From NCBI GenBank assembly GCA_027923505.1, contig BROI01000006.1:124001-188000 (forward strand): DNA of 64,000 nt, read 5' to 3'. The DNA comes from Mayamaea pseudoterrestris. Its lineage: Eukaryota. Below the pieces are notes generated by a model. It was given only the letters and a program-made list of their open reading frames with translations, made no database searches and was not told the origin of the DNA. Of the stretch, positions 1 to 11,751 are shown one piece after another (position 1 is the stretch's first letter; each line of letters begins with the position of its first letter). Position numbers and translations under genes: made by a program.

Positions 1-5
1 CATAC

Positions 6-374
6 GTGCCACTCGAATTTTGGCTCTCGCTTTTTGACAAGGGAGAAGTTATTCTTGGCACTGAAGCTAGTCAACTCGTCGCTGAAGTTTGCCAGCAGCA
101 TGAAAGTTGTCTTAATCCTGAAAACTTTCGGGCGTTGACCCGAAGGCTTACCGATATCTCATATGTTGTGGCAGTTTTGTTGCTCGAATGTGAGGCTCGC
201 GTTATGCATCGCGCAGGGGCAGATGACCCGACTGGTCTGACGGCCCTTCAGACAAGGTGCGTTGATGCAATGGCGCAACATATTGGTCAAGGGTACGACT
301 CCAAATACTTTCAGATTCCAAGCGGCTGTTCAATCGTTGTTGCAAACGCACTTTTGATGAAGATAAATGAATGA
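6..374 (+). CDS. Possible 3' end of a gene starting upstream of the window; product unknown
   Basis: Open frame from the window edge to TGA at 372-374, followed by AT-rich 3'UTR-like sequence; no recognisable motif. Confidence 0.35.
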   Translation: MPLEFWLSLFDKGEVILGTEASQLVAEVCQQHESCLNPENFRALTRRLTDISYVVAVLLLECEARVMHRAGADDPTGLTALQTRCVDAMAQHIGQGYDSKYFQIPSGCSIVVANALLMKINE

Positions 375-1099
375 CCAGGGGATAAGGGCGTTACTATGAA
401 TTTAGACGGTACAATATTTTGTCTTGATAAGGAATATATATATAGATTTATGAGTATTTCAGCTTCGATGAGTATAGCGCTGACACGCAATGTCCGATCA
501 AACCGAGATAACTGAGAACGGAGGAGACGACGCTATGTTTCAAACAGTTTTCAGCAACCAGACGGAATTAACACCGGACGAGATTCAAACATTGGAGCAG
601 GCGCAAACGAAGTGAGGGGAATACCAAGCGAAATAACGACTACGATGGTGTCTCTGAGTTAAAGCACGGTCCAGTTGGTGTGTTGCATTACGTGTTTCAG
701 AAGCACTGCTAACTGCTAATCGTCAGTTTCGGTCACGAACCCCAACACGGCGGTAGGTCACACAAAAGATTAATATGGTATCTGCGAAAGATGGCGAGAG
801 CGACATCTCGCCACCGTTGGCATCATACGCAAGTTGACCTTGCCTAATATGGTCCATTTTGTCGGCTGCCGTATCCATTTAACTTGTGCATTGACCTTGG
901 AGCATCTTATTCTGACTGGAAAATCTATAGTCATTGGGAGCACGGCGCGGAAGGCGCATGCTGATGTACACTCGGTCTTAGCAACGGGACCAAAGGTCTG
1001 CAAGTACTCCAGGCGACTATTCGAGACTTATGGTTCCACTGAGAAGAAAAGACGCGGGATTGATATATCGTTACCGTTGGTGGCAGCAGGACTGCTGGA

Positions 1100-1315
1100 T
1101 ATGCTTAAGAATCAATCCTGTCAATGGCATACCCTGGACAGGTTTTGCCTGACTCATTGGGTATTTGGGTGGCCAGGGCATGGGGCATTTGACAGGTCAG
1201 AATCTACAACTTGTGGTGTTGGCCATACCCACAGTGGTGCCGTACCCATGGTGTCAGCCTCCAGGCAGACCTTTTTGCATCATTTGAGACTCTGCACCTG
1301 TCAATGGCATACCCT
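1100..1315. repeat. Isolated ~180-bp CpG-poor repeat relic, probably a satellite-family monomer
   Basis: 19-bp direct repeat CCTGTCAATGGCATACCCT at 1117-1135 and 1297-1315 (spacing 180); degenerate inverted copy near 1176-1196; TGAGACTCTGCAC and ATGCTTAAG shared with the 356-bp satellite. Confidence 0.5.
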
Positions 1316-1321
1316 CCTCAT

Positions 1322-2531
1322 CTAGATGTCCATCTTTGCCTCGGATGCATTCCCGGAGGTCGTACCGGGCGCGACGAGACTTCTTGGATGCCCCGCACCC
1401 TCGAGAAGTCGCTTCGCATCCTCCACGCCAACTAGCTCGACAAAGCCATTGATCCAAGGCCGAATTTTATCGTCAAATACTCCTTCTCCCGTTAGCGCTT
1501 TCTCACTCCAGGCGGCATAATCCCGTTTACGGGTGTCTTGCTTGCGGAAATTATATGCTTCCCATGAACCCATATAGTGATGAAAGCCAAGTGGCTGTGA
1601 ATTGTAGTCTAAATATACCTTGCGCGGACAAACAGAGCGAAGAGGTCGATGTGCATTTGCTCCGTTGACTTCGATAGGCTGTATCTTGGAAACGTCAATG
1701 ACAGACTTCACAAGCTCTTTCGAGTGTCCTCGATGCCTCCAGCGCAAGAGTGTCCAAACGATGCGCATCCAGAAAATCTGGTACTTGGTCTGTGACCTGG
1801 CTGACATTACTTTCCGTCGCAATGTACCGTGCTCGAGGAAGTGTGATGCAATGCGATTGAATAAAGTGCAGCTTGTCAAATGTCGTGGCATTGTACGATT
1901 CTGGTATGTTCCCAGACTCGAGCTGTTGCAGCATCGTCAATGCGAAACCAGGTTGCGCCGCAAGTGTCTGAGCTTGGGCATGTCCCAAGACAGCTGAGTT
2001 TGGCGCAATATATTCGTCAACGTCCATAAATGCTGTCCAAGTACGATTCTGGCGCTGTAGAAACAAGGGGCATTCCTCCATAAAGTAGCACTGTCGCCGT
2101 ACGTAGACTCCGTCAAGGGACATATCTCCCTTGGACTCCGTCCCATTGGCGCTTTCGCGCGTTTCGTCGCTGTAATTAAGGCGTTCCATAGGGCGGCGAC
2201 CTTTCCCACATTGCGTGTCATTCCAAATAAGAATCGTCATGCGGCCTCGCCATCGATCAAGAATTAAAGTGGGTGATGTTGTCGAGTAGCGATCGACAGC
2301 AACGATAAGAAAGCGCAATTGCATGGCATAGTAGTGATATGCTATCCATTCCGGAAGTCTAGGATTCTCATCTTGGACCAATATGCATGCGGAGAAGGAA
2401 TTGTTACCATTATAGTTATGGAGGGTCCAACTTGCAGTTGCCTCGATGTCGTCCAAAGGCAAAATATGAAGCTGGCAGCACCTCAAGCTATGCAGGACAG
2501 AGAGCGTCAAGAAGCATGTCACCAGGAGCAT
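1322..2531 (-). CDS. GT92/GT-A-like glycosyltransferase with an apparent 1-nt frameshift near 1746-1750 (assembly indel or pseudogene)
   Basis: N-terminal hydrophobic anchor, FSACILVQDENPRLPEWIAYHY, DxD motif in WTAFMDVDEY. The frame of ORF 1695-2711 (..HRLDTL) continues logically into the frame of ORF 1322-1891 (LRWRHRG..KSVIDVS..DDKIRPW). Start codon uncertain. Confidence 0.7.
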
Positions 2532-2860
2532 ATAGAGCACCTTGCGCCTAAGCGTGAGCGAGACATGTTTAGGTTTGTGAGGAAGCTGGCATGACGGACA
2601 ACAATCTTGAGGGTGAATCAATGAAGGTGAAATTTGGAGGCTGCCGCAGGCAGCGGTCGTGCGCGCTGCGACGTTTTGGCCTTTGTGCACAATGGCCCTC
2701 CAGGCTTTCAAAGCTCACAGTCAATCGTGCAAAATTCTTAGTAACCGGGACTCACAAGTTAACGATGCGACTTTTGCCTCGGCGACCGCTTATCGACATC
2801 GCGAAAAAGGATCCATCACATCGATTTCCATCTGCTCATCTTTCAGTCAAGTTGTACATC

Positions 2861-4051
2861 ATGCTGTCCGCTCATAGCCTCCCTTTAGTTCTCTGCTTGA
2901 TCCAGATATCAACTGCGTTTGTATTGAATCAATCACCGTCAAAGTCATGGGCGAAGCCAACTCAGTTGCGCGCAGTTTGGTCCGACATGAAGGCCGTCCA
3001 GGACTACCAAAACTTTCTTGCCAGCGGAAAGCAACAAGTCGAACTGACAAAAGACCAGCCATCAGTCATTATTAGACCATCCAATGGAGCATCTTCGGAG
3101 CTCGCTGAATGCTTGGCGCTCATGGGCATGGGCGACGACTGCATCATTACACCCGAGCAGGAAATGCCAAACGCCATTGGCGGCAGCCAAGACTTTCCAA
3201 TCTACGTGACGCTACCGCCATACCAGCTTGAAGAGTTTCTTCGAAATCTTCCAGAGAGCTACAAGGAGAAGAATGAAAACTTCGTCTTCTTTTCTGGCGG
3301 CGAAAAGTATGGAACGATAGAGGATCTGTTAAAGGACAAAGGTACGTTGGTGTGATGTACGAGTTGCATATGCATTGATTCTTTGCTCACTTAAACTTCT
3401 CCCTTAGGCTACTGTCGCGACTCCATGACGCAAGTCTTGATATCGGGTATGAGAATTACGCCGACGCGTCGACCCATTGATTTGCACGTGAAGCTTGGCA
3501 AGACTCCAAACGACGAAGACAAGCTTGCCGGCGAGTGCACCGCGTGCGGTAAATGGCGAGGCTCCATTGCGCAGCGCATGGAGCGAAGCAATGTATTGTG
3601 CTCAACCGACTTTTATCGCGAGTGGAGGAGAAAGATGTGGGAACAGACGGCAGCGGATGCCGTCTTGAGCTTGGTGGGAGCTGTCCGGGATACGCCAACA
3701 ACGGTTGGAGAAGTTGCAAGCTACTACGGTGAAGAAGCAAGTGATATCTTGTGGGATATTTCGAATCAATTGCGCGGATGGAAGGCTGTCACGTTGATGT
3801 ATGGTTTTGAGGAACGCATTTACGGATTCGCCGAGATTGCTGCAAAAGACGACCAGTGTGTGGTCTCGACGGAAATGTTTCCCTACATTCACGGGTGCTT
3901 CGTCTTTTTACAAAGCCATCCATTCGTGGAATACTTGCAATATGCTCAATCTGAAAAGGGATTACTCCAGGGAATTGAGCTACCGCCAGTCGACAAGGAA
4001 TACATTAGCGCAATGCGGCCTGGGAATCTCCGAGCTGACGGTGTCATCTAA
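2861..4051 (+). CDS. Plastid-targeted conserved hypothetical protein, resembling the At1g16080-like family; exons 2861-3341 and 3408-4051
   Basis: Signal peptide ending ISTA-F; GT-AG intron 3342-3407 joins KG|YCRDSM in frame; MG.DD, FVFF, ACGKW, LVGA..TVGEV and EERI recall that family (from memory). Confidence 0.75.
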
Positions 4052-4688
4052 ACTGAATGGGGTGTTCGAGACATTGTAAACTTGTTAGATATTAGCTCAA
4101 AATAGACTACCTACAGCCGATGACGCCACTTTGCACCATTTGTCCAGTCGTTGGCATCGGATTTGATGCGTCGCACGTTGATCGTGAATAGGAAGCCTGT
4201 AGCGTACACTTGCCACGCATTCAATTTTCTCAATGTGTTACAGCTCCAAGTAGGTTAGTAGACGCTGGACATTACATTTTAGTGTTGTACTGTAGGCTGA
4301 AGAGACTACGAACGGTGAATGTAATTGTCCCAGCAGAGATTCAGAGGGCAGAGTAGGATCACAAGCGGAGAAACTGACACCCTTGGCAAGTATCATGTCT
4401 CGTTGTGATTGGTGGTTGCAAACTGACGTTCGATTGATTCTTCAAGTTAGACGTGACATTACCCCGCGAAAGAAGACTGCCATCAAGGTGAAATGAGTCG
4501 TTGATAGGGACCTGTCATTGAACATGGCAATTGTGGCGTTGACATCGTGTTTGTGCGTCATTGGAACGAACGCGACGCTTCTCAGTTCAACAAGTCCGTT
4601 TTCTTGTTGATGGCCCCGTTCCATCATGCCACAAAACTCAATCAGCGCAAGCAAACAATCACATATACTGTTTCTCAAAATCACAACA

Positions 4689-4997
4689 ATGTCCTTTCAA
4701 CCGAGCATGAATTCCAACGATGAGCTGCTAGCTTCAGTGATGATGCTCTTCACCATCAGCGAAGAAACGTCTTCCTTTGACGCCGCGAGACCGTCGTCGT
4801 TTTCATCGCTCAACGGCGACACTGTCCAACGAAGCGGCTGGGGCAATGCACTAACGAGAAGATCATACAAGAATGACTTATGCTTACTTGCTGGCGACTC
4901 GCAACAGATGCGGCCCTCAGCCATGCAAAAGACTGCCTTTCAACTTGAAGCGGGCTCGTACGCCGCGTCGTACGGTTTCTTTGTCCAGACTTGCTGA
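4689..4997 (+). CDS. Small hypothetical protein, 102 aa (copy A)
   Basis: ATG in CAACAATG context; frame and length conserved in copy B; GWGNALTRRSYKNDL identical in both. Confidence 0.6.
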   Translation: MSFQPSMNSNDELLASVMMLFTISEETSSFDAARPSSFSSLNGDTVQRSGWGNALTRRSYKNDLCLLAGDSQQMRPSAMQKTAFQLEAGSYAASYGFFVQTC

Positions 4998-5178
4998 TCA
5001 AACATCAAACGAAAGCACAGACAGCTGCCGGTATGCTACAGCGCTTACCTTTCACCAATAAAGCTGTTACTTGAATTTCCCTGCACAAACAAACATGAAC
5101 ATACGCTGACCATCTACCATGCGCCGACTTAAACGACACGAAAACGAAATAATTAAAACCATTTTTGACACCAACGAC

Positions 5179-6654
5179 TTATGTCTCTACAGTTTTTCGC
5201 TTCTTATCGTAGACGCAAGTCAATGATCCCATTTGGAGAGGCGGAGATGAGTGCTCGAATAGTGTCACGTCAATCGTGGACTGCATGAGATTCTCCACGA
5301 TCGATTGCAAGGCTTTGCCAGTCTGCTTAAAGTCTACACATGGCAAGACCGCAGTGATTAGCAGTTGTAGTGCACGCGACTCATATTTCGCACTTGCACT
5401 TACCTGGCCCTGGGTTAACTTCAAGCAAGTACACTTGCCACTCTGTGTCAATGACAAAGTCAAGTCCATAATGCTCGAAGCAATCTTCCATGGGCGAAAA
5501 CACACCAAACTCCGTCTCGTATGCACGAAACAGTTCCGAGACAATGGCGTGCATGTCTAGCAGCACCTTGTCGGAACGTGAGCGGGCGTCGTGTATATCT
5601 TGGCATGTTCCATCCCGCATCAGCATTGTCAAGACTGCGTCGGATCCCCACTGATGCACACATTCCTTCTCGCAAAAGTTGGGATCAATCTCTTGGTAAG
5701 CAGTATTGGTAATATGAGCAGTCAATTGATCAAAATTATTCCTCCGATAGGCAGTTCCGCTCATGAGAGCGAGGCAATCGTTGGAAAAGTAAACTTGCAG
5801 GGCGCCAACGGCGACAATGTAGGCACGAATGTGGAACTTGCGTTTGCGGAGCGTCAAGGGATTTGAAATGTAGCGCTGGAGAACCCTGGAAAGGCATGCA
5901 AACGCACTTCAGCATATATCAAGATCCATCATTATACCAACATGAATTCATAGTCTTACCATTCACGAATGTCAGACTCACTCCAGCAAATGTCCACGAT
6001 TTGTTCGTAAACATGGACCAAGTATATGCCTACGCCCTTGTTCACCGTGCTTCCTTTGAGTATCCAAACTGCTTCTTCGACCAACCGGCTTTCCATCAGT
6101 AGCTTTGCAGGTTCCAAGCATTGCTCCAAGAGTTGTCGCTGATTGATATTGTTTGATCCCGAAGCCGACACTGACGAACCCACGAGGAACTCCGCCATGT
6201 TTGCGCCGTTTCCAGTCTCCCAAACTGCCCACGTATCAAGTATGACAGTCTCTGGCACAGCCTGTTTCAAAACACTCATTGGATGCTTGGAAACATGTCG
6301 ATTCAAATAGAGTGCGAGTTGCGCCTTGCGCGACAAGCCCTTGCGGATGCGGTAGCTGCTCGCACGTACGTGCGTTTGCTGCCAGTGGATGCGCTCATAC
6401 TCGCTCCACGAAAAGTCACAGTCCGCTGGCAACTCGACAGCTTCCATTCCTTCTCCCGCACCAAGTGTGACGTGAAAGTGGCGCGATGCGAGTGCGTGAT
6501 GAATGATGGAACGAGTGTATGGTTCGTCAATGTCGAGGTAAATGCGATTGTACTTGCGTCTGGCGTGTGACGTTGATTTCTCAGGTTGACTTTCATTTCC
6601 ATTGGCAAGATTCAAGACGGAAAACTTGATGGTAGGCTGCAGTTGCAGAGACAT
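5179..6654 (-). CDS. Tubulin-tyrosine ligase (TTL/ATP-grasp) family protein (copy A); introns 5886-5959 and 5334-5403
   Basis: WILKGSTVNKGVGI, spliced W|VLQRYI, RKFHIRAY, FEHYGLDFVID, LLEVNPGPD; canonical splice sites restore frame; start taken from the ATG conserved in copy B. Confidence 0.85.
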
Positions 6655-6837
6655 GGATGATAGTTGCAAATGGCCGATCATTGGCAATGCCATGGTGGAA
6701 ATCATTGGTTTGGCGGCGTGACCGGAACGTGTTCTGTTTCGGTGCGACATTCTGTCACGCTTTTTCGTTTCGCTTTGGCGCAGCATCTCATCGTCGTCCA
6801 TCATATCGAACCGCTCATCCCTTTGAGCGACTCAAGC

Positions 6838-8481
6838 ATGACGAAACAGAGCAGTAGCAATAATGGCAATGACCCGAACGATGGAATGACTCAACGAGCG
6901 ATTCGAGGAACACTTTTGACGTTGCTGCTGCGAGTCGTGTCCTTTGTCGGCACGCAGTGGACGCTGCGATTCATTGGCGACAATCCTGCCATTCTTGGTC
7001 GAGCGTCCATACAACTGGAACTCTTGTTGACGACCATTCTGTTTGTGAGTCGCGAAGGCTTTCGACTGGCATTGACGCCTCGAAACAGAGTGTCGGAGCT
7101 TGCCTCTAGCTCGACGGACAGCGTATGGAACGTTGCTTGGCTCTCGATACCAACCTCTCTAATCGTGTCGCTTGTCGCCTTGAGCTGGCATTGGATGACA
7201 ATCTCAACCACCAGCAATAACCACGACGCCGACTATCGACTCGCTGGAGTCTTGTTTTGCGTCAGCTGCATCATTGAAGGATGCGCGGAACCGGCCGTCC
7301 TGCAGGCGCTTTGCAGCTTGAACGTTGCCGCCAAGGCGTCGGCGGAAGGTTTGGCGACGCTAGCCAAGGCCATGGCAACGGTTGTGCTGCTGCAGTACCT
7401 TCAACGGGACTGGCCTATCACAGCCTTTGGCGTCGCGCAGCTAGTATACGCGACAATCTACTTTGTTGTCCTGTGGCAAAGTGCGTGGAAGTCTATTGAC
7501 AGAGCACAAGTATTTGGACCCTACGACAAGCATACATGCTACATGATAGGCGTCTTTACGCTCCAAGGGTTCTTTAAACATTTGCTGACGGAAGGAGACA
7601 AGCTTGTTTTGACGACACTCAGTGGGGCCTACGACCAAGGCATTTACGCCATGGCGAGTGCCTACGGAAGCTTGGCGGCGCGAATGCTGCTGCAACCCAT
7701 GGAGGAGAATGCTCGACTACTATGGAGTCGACTAGCGTCAGCAGTGTCGTCCGAGTCAAACGAAACACTTGATCGACTGCAAACGTCATACACGAATCTG
7801 GTCAAGCTCGTCATGTACATTGGTTTCACGTTTAGTTGTTTGGCAGTCAACTACACGGGCATTCTACTTGCCGTCATGGCGGGTCGCAAGTGGGGCGACA
7901 ATCGCGAGGCGGCGGCTGTCTTGAGCGCCTTTTGCGTCTACACGGCGTTCATGGCGTGGAACGGCATGACGGAAGCGTTTGTGTACAGCGCCACGTCCAC
8001 GGGTGCTGACATGGGAAAACTGGGTGCCATGCATGCGGGCATTGCAGTTGTCTTTGCGGGTGTTGCATCAATCGCCGTAACACGACAAGGAACCGTTGGA
8101 CTAGTGGCTGCCAATTGCGTCGCCATGTTTTGTCGCGCCATTTACTCCGTCGTCTTTGCCGCACGCTTCTTTTCGTCACGTCGAAAGCAGCAGTCATTTC
8201 GAGTGACAATGTCGAGATTGTTGCACGACATGCTTCCGCATCCTGCCGTGCTTCTTTCATTTGCTGCGTGTTATATAGTAACAGCTTGGTCTAGGATGCG
8301 CATGATGGATCAGATTGTTGAAGGTGACATTACGACGGCAAGTGCTGCTTGGTTTCGATTGGCAAGTGAGCACGTCGTTATTGGTGCCAGTTGCTTCGTC
8401 GGCTTGCTATCGGTAGCCTATGCCGCAGAACGGGATTTCCGACTATCTTTACTAAAGCTATGGCGTGGGAAAAGTGATTAA
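6838..8481 (+). CDS. RFT1: Man5GlcNAc2-PP-dolichol translocation protein RFT1 (copy A)
   Basis: Multi-pass membrane protein with TILFVSREGFRLA, KHLLTEGDK and QGIYAMASAYGSLAARMLLQPMEE. Confidence 0.9.
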   Translation: MTKQSSSNNGNDPNDGMTQRAIRGTLLTLLLRVVSFVGTQWTLRFIGDNPAILGRASIQLELLLTTILFVSREGFRLALTPRNRVSELASSSTDSVWNVAWLSIPTSLIVSLVALSWHWMTISTTSNNHDADYRLAGVLFCVSCIIEGCAEPAVLQALCSLNVAAKASAEGLATLAKAMATVVLLQYLQRDWPITAFGVAQLVYATIYFVVLWQSAWKSIDRAQVFGPYDKHTCYMIGVFTLQGFFKHLLTEGDKLVLTTLSGAYDQGIYAMASAYGSLAARMLLQPMEENARLLWSRLASAVSSESNETLDRLQTSYTNLVKLVMYIGFTFSCLAVNYTGILLAVMAGRKWGDNREAAAVLSAFCVYTAFMAWNGMTEAFVYSATSTGADMGKLGAMHAGIAVVFAGVASIAVTRQGTVGLVAANCVAMFCRAIYSVVFAARFFSSRRKQQSFRVTMSRLLHDMLPHPAVLLSFAACYIVTAWSRMRMMDQIVEGDITTASAAWFRLASEHVVIGASCFVGLLSVAYAAERDFRLSLLKLWRGKSD

Positions 8482-8711
8482 TAGCCAGACTGATACATTT
8501 TTAACCTATGTATCGAAGGATGTGCCGGTATGGTGAGAAAGCTCGCGATATTAACACAATCCGCGCAGTGGACCACACCAAGCTTTCGTCGCCGACGATC
8601 TTCGCCTTTTCTTATCTACACTGGGTGGTAATGCGTAACTCCATCACCAGCGACCCAGAGAGTAACCAGTTGAAAACGAGATACGGAAGGGCGACAGAAC
8701 ACTCATTTCAT

Positions 8712-9824
8712 TTAAGCACACGCATCCTCGTCAAAATCACTGCCCTTTAATCCCGCCTTTTCAATTTGCATTACGAGCTTTTTCTTCTTTTCGCGTAGCA
8801 TAATCACGGCCAGCTTGAGTCGATCAAACAAATTGTCCATGTCAAGCGCCTGGACACGAAACATGGCATCTTGCTCCGGAAGAATCTCTGTACAAAATGC
8901 TGCCCAACCAATGGCCGTTAGTTCCTGAGGGGTCCGGTCGCCGGCATTTTGGTTCGAAAGTTGGTATCCCTGCGTGTCAGTCTCCAAGGCGACTTGGTAG
9001 GCGGTCCGAAATCGCTGAAGGCGATCAGACTCTGCATCGTCAGCCTCGTCATCGTCGTCGTCTTCATCATCTTCAATACTACTTGGTTCCGAGTAGAAGC
9101 GGTCCTCTAGCTTGGCAATATTGATCCGTCGTTGCATTTCTGCATCTTCCTCGTCGTCGTCTTCCTCGTCCCCATTCGTCTGCGAGCTTCCCTTCTCGCC
9201 CCTCGCCTGGTCCAGTCTTCGCTCCGAACTAGTCAACCAAAGTGACAGTTCTTCAATGTTACTGGCCAGTAGGTTCGGCAGATCCATATTGGGCGGAAGC
9301 TTGTCGGAAAGTTCCGTGCAAACTGCTTTCAAGTAAGGATCCGTCTGCTTAATTTCCACAAGCTGCGCTCGTCCAACGCACCGAATCGTAACAAATATGC
9401 CAAACCCATCCATGCGCGCGTAACTCTCAATCTCGCAGAGCGGCACCGTCTGAATGATGCCCGCATTGGCCAATAGTCCCATGGCGACGACTCCAGAGTG
9501 GTTTTGAATGGCATCGTCAAAGAGTTTGATGAATCGATCTTCGTAGAGCCGCAGCTGCTTGGTTTCGCCCTGCAGCAAGACCTCCTCGTGCGCAAACGGC
9601 AAGAGACAGACTGACTTTGGTAACCCGCCACCTTGCTCCGCGCCCAGGGGACGCGAAATAGCAACGTCAAAGTCCGTGTCGCGCCACTCGGCAATGCCAA
9701 ATAAGTGGTGCCGACGAAGCAGTGAGTGTTGTTGATGGTGGCGAGCCTTTCGTCGACCGGCAATGAAGCCGTTGGTACAATCAATGAACGTCAGCGCAAG
9801 TGATATAGCTAGAATGGCCTTCAT
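8712..9824 (-). CDS. LON peptidase N-terminal substrate-binding domain protein, probably plastid-targeted (copy A)
   Basis: Signal peptide ending TNG-F; LPF..EVLLQGETKQLRLYEDRF; acidic insertions; no AAA+ or protease domain. Confidence 0.8.
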   Translation of the reverse strand: MKAILAISLALTFIDCTNGFIAGRRKARHHQQHSLLRRHHLFGIAEWRDTDFDVAISRPLGAEQGGGLPKSVCLLPFAHEEVLLQGETKQLRLYEDRFIKLFDDAIQNHSGVVAMGLLANAGIIQTVPLCEIESYARMDGFGIFVTIRCVGRAQLVEIKQTDPYLKAVCTELSDKLPPNMDLPNLLASNIEELSLWLTSSERRLDQARGEKGSSQTNGDEEDDDEEDAEMQRRINIAKLEDRFYSEPSSIEDDEDDDDDEADDAESDRLQRFRTAYQVALETDTQGYQLSNQNAGDRTPQELTAIGWAAFCTEILPEQDAMFRVQALDMDNLFDRLKLAVIMLREKKKKLVMQIEKAGLKGSDFDEDACA

Positions 9825-10074
9825 CTTTTATTCAGTATTCAGACGAAAGGATAGAGTATGACACTATTGATTCTACCCTTTGAAAGACGTGCGTCGCCGA
9901 TCGGCTGACAAAGAATTTCGGCATGGCGCGCATCCGGCGCGGCGGGTTTAAGTACCGGTACGAGTGACACCTGATGTGTCAGCGACAGCCATGCAAAAGA
10001 TCCGATTCCTTATCCATCACACCCACTTTTCGACCATCTCTTCTTCTACTCGATAAAGGCAATCATTTTTGAGC

Positions 10075-11382
10075 ATGACCTCCACTAGCAATGAGAATAC
10101 CCTACCCTTACTTGACGTCTTGATGATTGGAACGGGCGAGTACACGACTGGCTGCACAGGCGCATCCGGCGAAGCCTCCCAGAGTGACAAGGGAGCTGGC
10201 GTCGTTGCCTTGACCATGCTGGATTTGCAAAGGAGGGGCAAGATTGGCAAGATCGCCATGGTAGGGGTTAATGGCACAAAGTTTCCAGTCATTCGCAAGC
10301 ACATGCAAGCTAACATTGGTAGTGTATACAAGGGATTGGATCCAAGCACTATAGAGACATTTCCAAAGGATGATGAAATCGATCCACAGGCTTACATGTC
10401 AGCCATCAACAGTTACTCCAGCAGCAAGCATCGCATCGCCATTATATTCACACCCGACGACACGCACTTTGACATTGCCATGGCTTGCATTCGCGCTGGC
10501 ATTCACGTCTTGGTCACCAAACCCATTGTGCAAACGCTCCAGCATCACCAGCGACTGCAGGAGGAAGCTCTCAAGTACAACGTATTGGTGGCCGTCGAAG
10601 TCCACAAGCGATGGGATCCATTCTACGCCGACGCGCGCGACAGAATTCGATCGTGGCAGGACGACTTTTCCTACATGACGGCCTACATGTCGCAGCCAAA
10701 GTTTCAGTTAAACTCGTTTCGGGCGTGGGCCGGCAAGTCATCCGACATTAGCTACTACTTGAACTCGCACCACGTGGATTGGTCCGAGTGGACGTTGCAC
10801 GGCAAGGCCAAACCAGTCCGAGTGGTGGCGACCGCATCGAACGGAATAGCGCAAGCCATGGGCTTGCCAACGGAAGATTCCATCACATTGACAGTGACGT
10901 GGCTGAATTTGCAGTCCAAGCATTGTGGCTGCGCCGTGTACACGGCGTCATGGGTCGCCCCGAAGAGCGACGTGCACTCGCAGCAGCGCTTCCACTACAT
11001 GGGTGCGTCGGGTGAAGTTTTGATTGACCAAGCGCACCGCGGCTGCACCATGAGCACGGACGCCAGCGGCTTTGCGTCGATCAATCCATGTTTCATGAAG
11101 TACACGCCCAATCATGATGGCGAGTTTGCCGGACAAGCGAGCTACGGCTACAAGAGTTTTGATGTCTTTGTTGATGCGGTGCGCGAGATTCAAGCCTCTC
11201 GAAAGCAACCAAGTGACTTTGACAATGGCGGATTGGCGACGGTGCATACCACGTTGCAAGGTACGGCAATATTGGAAGCCGGTCGCAAGAGCTTGGATGC
11301 CGACTCGAGGCCCATGGACATTTATTATGACAGTCACGAGAGTCTTATTCCTGTTGACATCAAGGCTCATGAATTCAAGTAG
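10075..11382 (+). CDS. Gfo/Idh/MocA oxidoreductase, fungal D-galacturonate reductase (GaaA)-like (copy A)
   Basis: [49 protein letters not shown] and [17 protein letters not shown]. Confidence 0.85.
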   Translation: MTSTSNENTLPLLDVLMIGTGEYTTGCTGASGEASQSDKGAGVVALTMLDLQRRGKIGKIAMVGVNGTKFPVIRKHMQANIGSVYKGLDPSTIETFPKDDEIDPQAYMSAINSYSSSKHRIAIIFTPDDTHFDIAMACIRAGIHVLVTKPIVQTLQHHQRLQEEALKYNVLVAVEVHKRWDPFYADARDRIRSWQDDFSYMTAYMSQPKFQLNSFRAWAGKSSDISYYLNSHHVDWSEWTLHGKAKPVRVVATASNGIAQAMGLPTEDSITLTVTWLNLQSKHCGCAVYTASWVAPKSDVHSQQRFHYMGASGEVLIDQAHRGCTMSTDASGFASINPCFMKYTPNHDGEFAGQASYGYKSFDVFVDAVREIQASRKQPSDFDNGGLATVHTTLQGTAILEAGRKSLDADSRPMDIYYDSHESLIPVDIKAHEFK

Positions 11383-11751
11383 GAACAGTATATATATATG
11401 CAGGTTTCAGCAGTTGTTGGCTCGCTCACAAAGTGTCGAATGCGGCTGTATGTAACGATGCTATCTCGGTTTGGACGGACAATGCAAGTTTAAATATTTC
11501 GAATTTTGTTGTCATTATCAAAGTAAAGAACATAGTGATAGTTACTGCGCATGGTGTCGTTGCTCGTTGCCGAAGAGCTATGATACTTTGCAAGTGCAAT
11601 GGGGCCGACGTTATGAAACCGATGCGACAGATATGAATTGGTGCGACATGCTCACAATCCACATCATCGCGAGCACCGTTGCGCTTTCACAGGCCGACTG
11701 TCATACTGTAAACAAGGCATTGTAAATTAGAATGTACGATAGGCACGAACA

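Noticed and set aside
834..1325. 163-aa plus-strand ORF
   Set aside because: Non-ATG start, runs through the repeat relic, no motifs
6655..6837. N-terminal extensions of TTL (to 6804) and RFT1 (from 6664) that overlap
   Set aside because: The frames are not preserved in copy B; more likely a short bidirectional promoter
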